Positions 8,297-10,887 of a stretch of DNA of 10,887 bases are shown here, in pieces. The DNA is from Octopus sinensis (Eukaryota): NCBI RefSeq assembly GCF_006345805.1, contig NW_021827224.1, positions 1 to 10,887 of the forward strand. Direction: 5' to 3'. Position numbers and translations under genes: made by a program. Each line of letters opens with the position of its first letter. Position 1 is the first letter of the stretch. The notes under the pieces are model-generated. The model worked only from the letters and a program-made list of their open reading frames with translations. It did not search any database and was not told the DNA's origin.

Positions 8297-8335
<39 letters not shown>
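7693..8335. repeat. (TA)n-dominated arrays with (TACA)n/(TATG)n and (CT)n
   Basis: 7693-7887, ~7967-8235, (CT)n ~8270-8298, (TA)n to ~8335. Confidence 0.95.
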
Positions 8336-8339
<4 letters not shown>

Positions 8340-8394
8340 CACAACACCGAAACATATCTGTTGGTAATCGGATCACAGCAGAAGAGCTCCTTAC

Positions 8395-8463
8395 CCTTTT
8401 GGCATCTTTATTATATTCTTCCTTAATTCCGATTGCATTTTGTGTGTAAAGGTGAATGAATTC
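8395..8463 (-). CDS. Candidate internal coding exon (69 nt), product unknown
   Basis: Acceptor TATGTTTCCAGCTTCTACAG|G and donor AGG|GTAAGG. The phase-0 frame is open (EFIHLYTQNAIGIKEEYNKDAKR); a second frame is also open. No homologue recognised. Confidence 0.35.
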
Positions 8464-8660
8464 CTGTAGAAGCTGGAAACATAGACTGTAAGTCCTTTCC
8501 AAAGATCTTGGAAGGGCGGCGAAGCGTAAAGCGAAGAAGATTCAACATCTTCGCTTACTGTTTAAAGTTAATACATGACCTATAGAAGGGATATGGCTTG
8601 TCTTGAAAACCACTGGACTGAGACAGGAGGAGTTGATGTTGGAAACGGAATATTTTAATA

Positions 8661-9141
8661 CGTGTGTACGTGTGTGTGTGTGTGTGTGTATGTGTGTATG
8701 TGTGTGTCTGTGTGTCTGTGTGTGTGTAATTAAACATACGCTCAAAACATATGCACATACATATATTTGAACATGAATCTGCATTCATGCATATAAATGA
8801 GTGGCCTGTATCTTCATGTTTACATACGCACACACACACACGTGTATAAATATCTATATCTATGCATACATAAATACATATATATAAATACACACACACA
8901 CATACACACATACCTTCGTATATGTGTTATATGCGCGTGTGTATGTGTATGGGTGTATAGACGTATAAATATGAGTGTAAATTATATTTGAAGATGTTTG
9001 TATGAAGATACGTATTCATGTATGAACTTATCAATATTTCTAACAATACACACAAACAGACAGACAGACATATATATACATATATATAAATGCGTGTATA
9101 CACACACACACACATATATTACATATCTCTCTTTCTTTCTT

Positions 9142-9186
<45 letters not shown>

Positions 9187-9235
9187 GCACAAGTATATGT
9201 ATGTGTGTGTGTATACATTTACATGTATATTGCCT
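8661..9235. repeat. Mixed (GT)n, (CA)n, (TA)n, (CT)n microsatellite region
   Basis: (GT)n 8661-8726, (CA)n 8826-8912 and ~9098-9115, (CT)n ~9125-9165, (TA)n to ~9187, (GT)n to ~9213. Confidence 0.9.
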
Positions 9236-9337
9236 GGTATATTGAAATGTAGTGATATGAAAAACTAGCAGACAAACCTACATGTCTGGCTACACACACA
9301 CAAACACAGATATATATGTATGTACACTGTCATGTAC

Positions 9338-9468
9338 CTGACATGCTTTTGGTGCTCCCACCGTCGACACATCAAACCATTTGATCCTTTGTATTATTTT
9401 AGCCTCCAGTCTTTGGTATTCAGATTTTGTAAAGGTGGCGAGTAGAATGTGAACAGCACTTTCCCTTT
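9338..9468 (-). CDS. Candidate coding exon segment, product unknown
   Basis: Non-repetitive open frame RESAVHILLATFTKSEYQRLEAKIIQRIKWFDVSTVGAPKACQ ending at CAG|GTACAT. The acceptor is either weak GCCAG| (9468) or CATACTTGCAG| (9745, in frame). Confidence 0.25.
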
Positions 9469-9478
9469 CTGGCACCCA

Positions 9479-9680
9479 AACCACCACCACAACCACAACC
9501 ACCACCACTAGCACCACCTCCACAACCACCGCCGCGCCGCCGCCGCCACCACTATCACCACAAGAACCACCACCACAACTGCCGCCACTATTACCACCAC
9601 TACCTCCACCACCATTACCATCATCACCACCAGCACCACCAACATCACCACCACCACCATCACCACGACGACGACCACCA
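9479..9680. repeat. Degenerate (CAC/CAT/CGC)n
   Basis: Imperfect triplet array with a register shift near 9530-9540. Confidence 0.9.
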
Positions 9681-9916
9681 CCAGCGCCGCCATTTCTCGC
9701 CGCAACCACCCAAACACACCAGTTGCTATCATCAAGTGTCTGCAACTGCAAGTATGAAGTCATCCGTAATATCACCACGCCCTCGTCACAGCGATATTAT
9801 CATCGTCGCCTCAACTACCCCTTGCCCCCAAACTCACCCCGTCCACCGCCGCGCTCATCGCACACATCTGCTTCCATTATTATCGTGTCGTGTCCTACAA
9901 CTCGCATCTTCACTGC

Positions 9917-10190
9917 TTCATCATCATCATCATCATCATCATCATCGGCACTAACACCATCTTTATTTTCTTCTTCTTCTTCTTCTTCTTCTTCTTCTTC
10001 TTCTTCTTCTTCTTCTTCTTCATCTTCTTCTTCATCTTCTTCTTCTTCTTCTTCTTCTTCTTCTTTTGCATCCTCCTCCTCCTCCTCCTCATCATCATCA
10101 TCATCGTAAAAACCAAAATAAATGCCAAACAGCAACTAAAACACCACCACCACCACCACCACCACCACCACCACCACCGCCGCCGCCGCC
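9917..10190. repeat. Compound triplet array (CAT)n-(CTT)n-(CCT)n-(CAT)n ... (CAC)n-(CGC)n
   Basis: CAT ~9917-9946, CTT ~9967-10064, CCT ~10072-10089, CAT to ~10104, CAC/CGC 10142-10190. Confidence 0.95.
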
Positions 10191-10489
10191 CCAAAAATGT
10201 TTCCCCACCCCTCTCTGTTATGCTCCCCGGCCCTATAAATCCCCACAGTTATATACTTTATCAATTTTGCCCCCGTCCACTCCCGTCGCCTCTCCTTTCC
10301 GTTTATTAATTGTGATCAATGACGTCAGGTCATTCTTTGTTGGTGTCAGTTAACAATCCTAATCTACTTAGATCTGATAAGAGCTCCCTAATTATAATTA
10401 ACATGATAATATTAACTAAGCACTCCCTAATTCATTATGTCTGCTAACGTCAACCAAAAATCTTGCAAAGTATATCAGATATTAATTTC

Positions 10490-10698
10490 ACATAATTCCA
10501 GCAATTTTAGGAAAGCCGAGGCGGGGGGAGGGACTAATTCGATTACATCGATCCCCTCCCCCCAAGTGCTCGACTCGTACCTATTTTATCAATCCTGAAA
10601 GGAAAAACAGCAAAGTCAAGCCCGGCGGAATTAGAACTCAAATACAAAGCTACTAAGCATTTCGTCCGGCGTGCTAACGATTCCACCAGCTCGCCGCC
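10490..10698 (-). mobile_element. Family A SINE copy
   Basis: The minus strand reads GGCGGCGAGCTGGTGGAATCGTTAGCACGCCGGACGAAATGCTTAG..GAGTTCTAATTCCGCCGGG..GATAAAATAGGTACGAG..GATCGATGTAATCGAA..AAAATTGCTGG. Confidence 0.92.
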
Positions 10699-10804
10699 CT
10701 TTATAATATAACAGGTAGTGACTGTCATTAATTCTAAGATCAACAATGAGTGAATATAGCAGCTATTTCTATTAAGAAAAATGATTACGTAGAGGCTTCC
10801 TGAA

Positions 10805-10842
10805 GCAACCGCTAAGTTATGGAGATCGAAACACACCAACTC
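10805..10842 (-). mobile_element. Short fragment of family B SINE
   Basis: Minus TTGGTGTGTTTCGATCTCCATAACTTAGCGGTTGC resembles the 2115-2150 segment of the family B copy (GTGTTTACGTCCCCGTAACTTAGCAGTTCG). Confidence 0.6.
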
Positions 10843-10887
10843 GTAAAAGACATTTTCTATTCCTAGCGTTATATACTAATACATCTG

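Noticed and set aside
750-10353. Most ORF-track entries (poly-HT, YI, CV, S, K, N, I, H, P, E, F)
   Set aside because: They are translations of di- and trinucleotide repeats that lack stop codons in some frames; no coding signature.

Overview
Eukaryotic, repeat-dominated window with no confidently identifiable intact gene. Roughly 40% is simple repeat: (CA)n, (TA)n, (TATC)n, (GAA/CTT)n, (CTA)n, (TAT)n and (CAC)n. Nearly all tracked ORFs are translations of these repeats. The microsatellite density and SINE families point to an octopus (coleoid cephalopod) genome; this is an inference from recalled consensus motifs, not a search result. Solid content: (1) a decayed, internally deleted mariner DD34D transposase (~1910-2905), split by a 5'-truncated SINE whose removal restores the reading frame; (2) three tRNA-SINE families with Deu/Nin-like, Ceph-like and CORE-like domains, including a four-unit head-to-tail stack (6797-7415) and a tail-to-tail inverted pair around a palindromic junction (5370-5846). 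Moderately supported: a ~610 bp CpG-rich candidate solo LTR (6172-6779). Speculative: a TATA promoter with a spliced leader (3200-3540), a YY1/Pho motif cluster (3681-3752), and a chain of phase-compatible minus-strand exon candidates (8395-8463, 9338-9468/9745, 9838-9894). I found no convincing new biological system.
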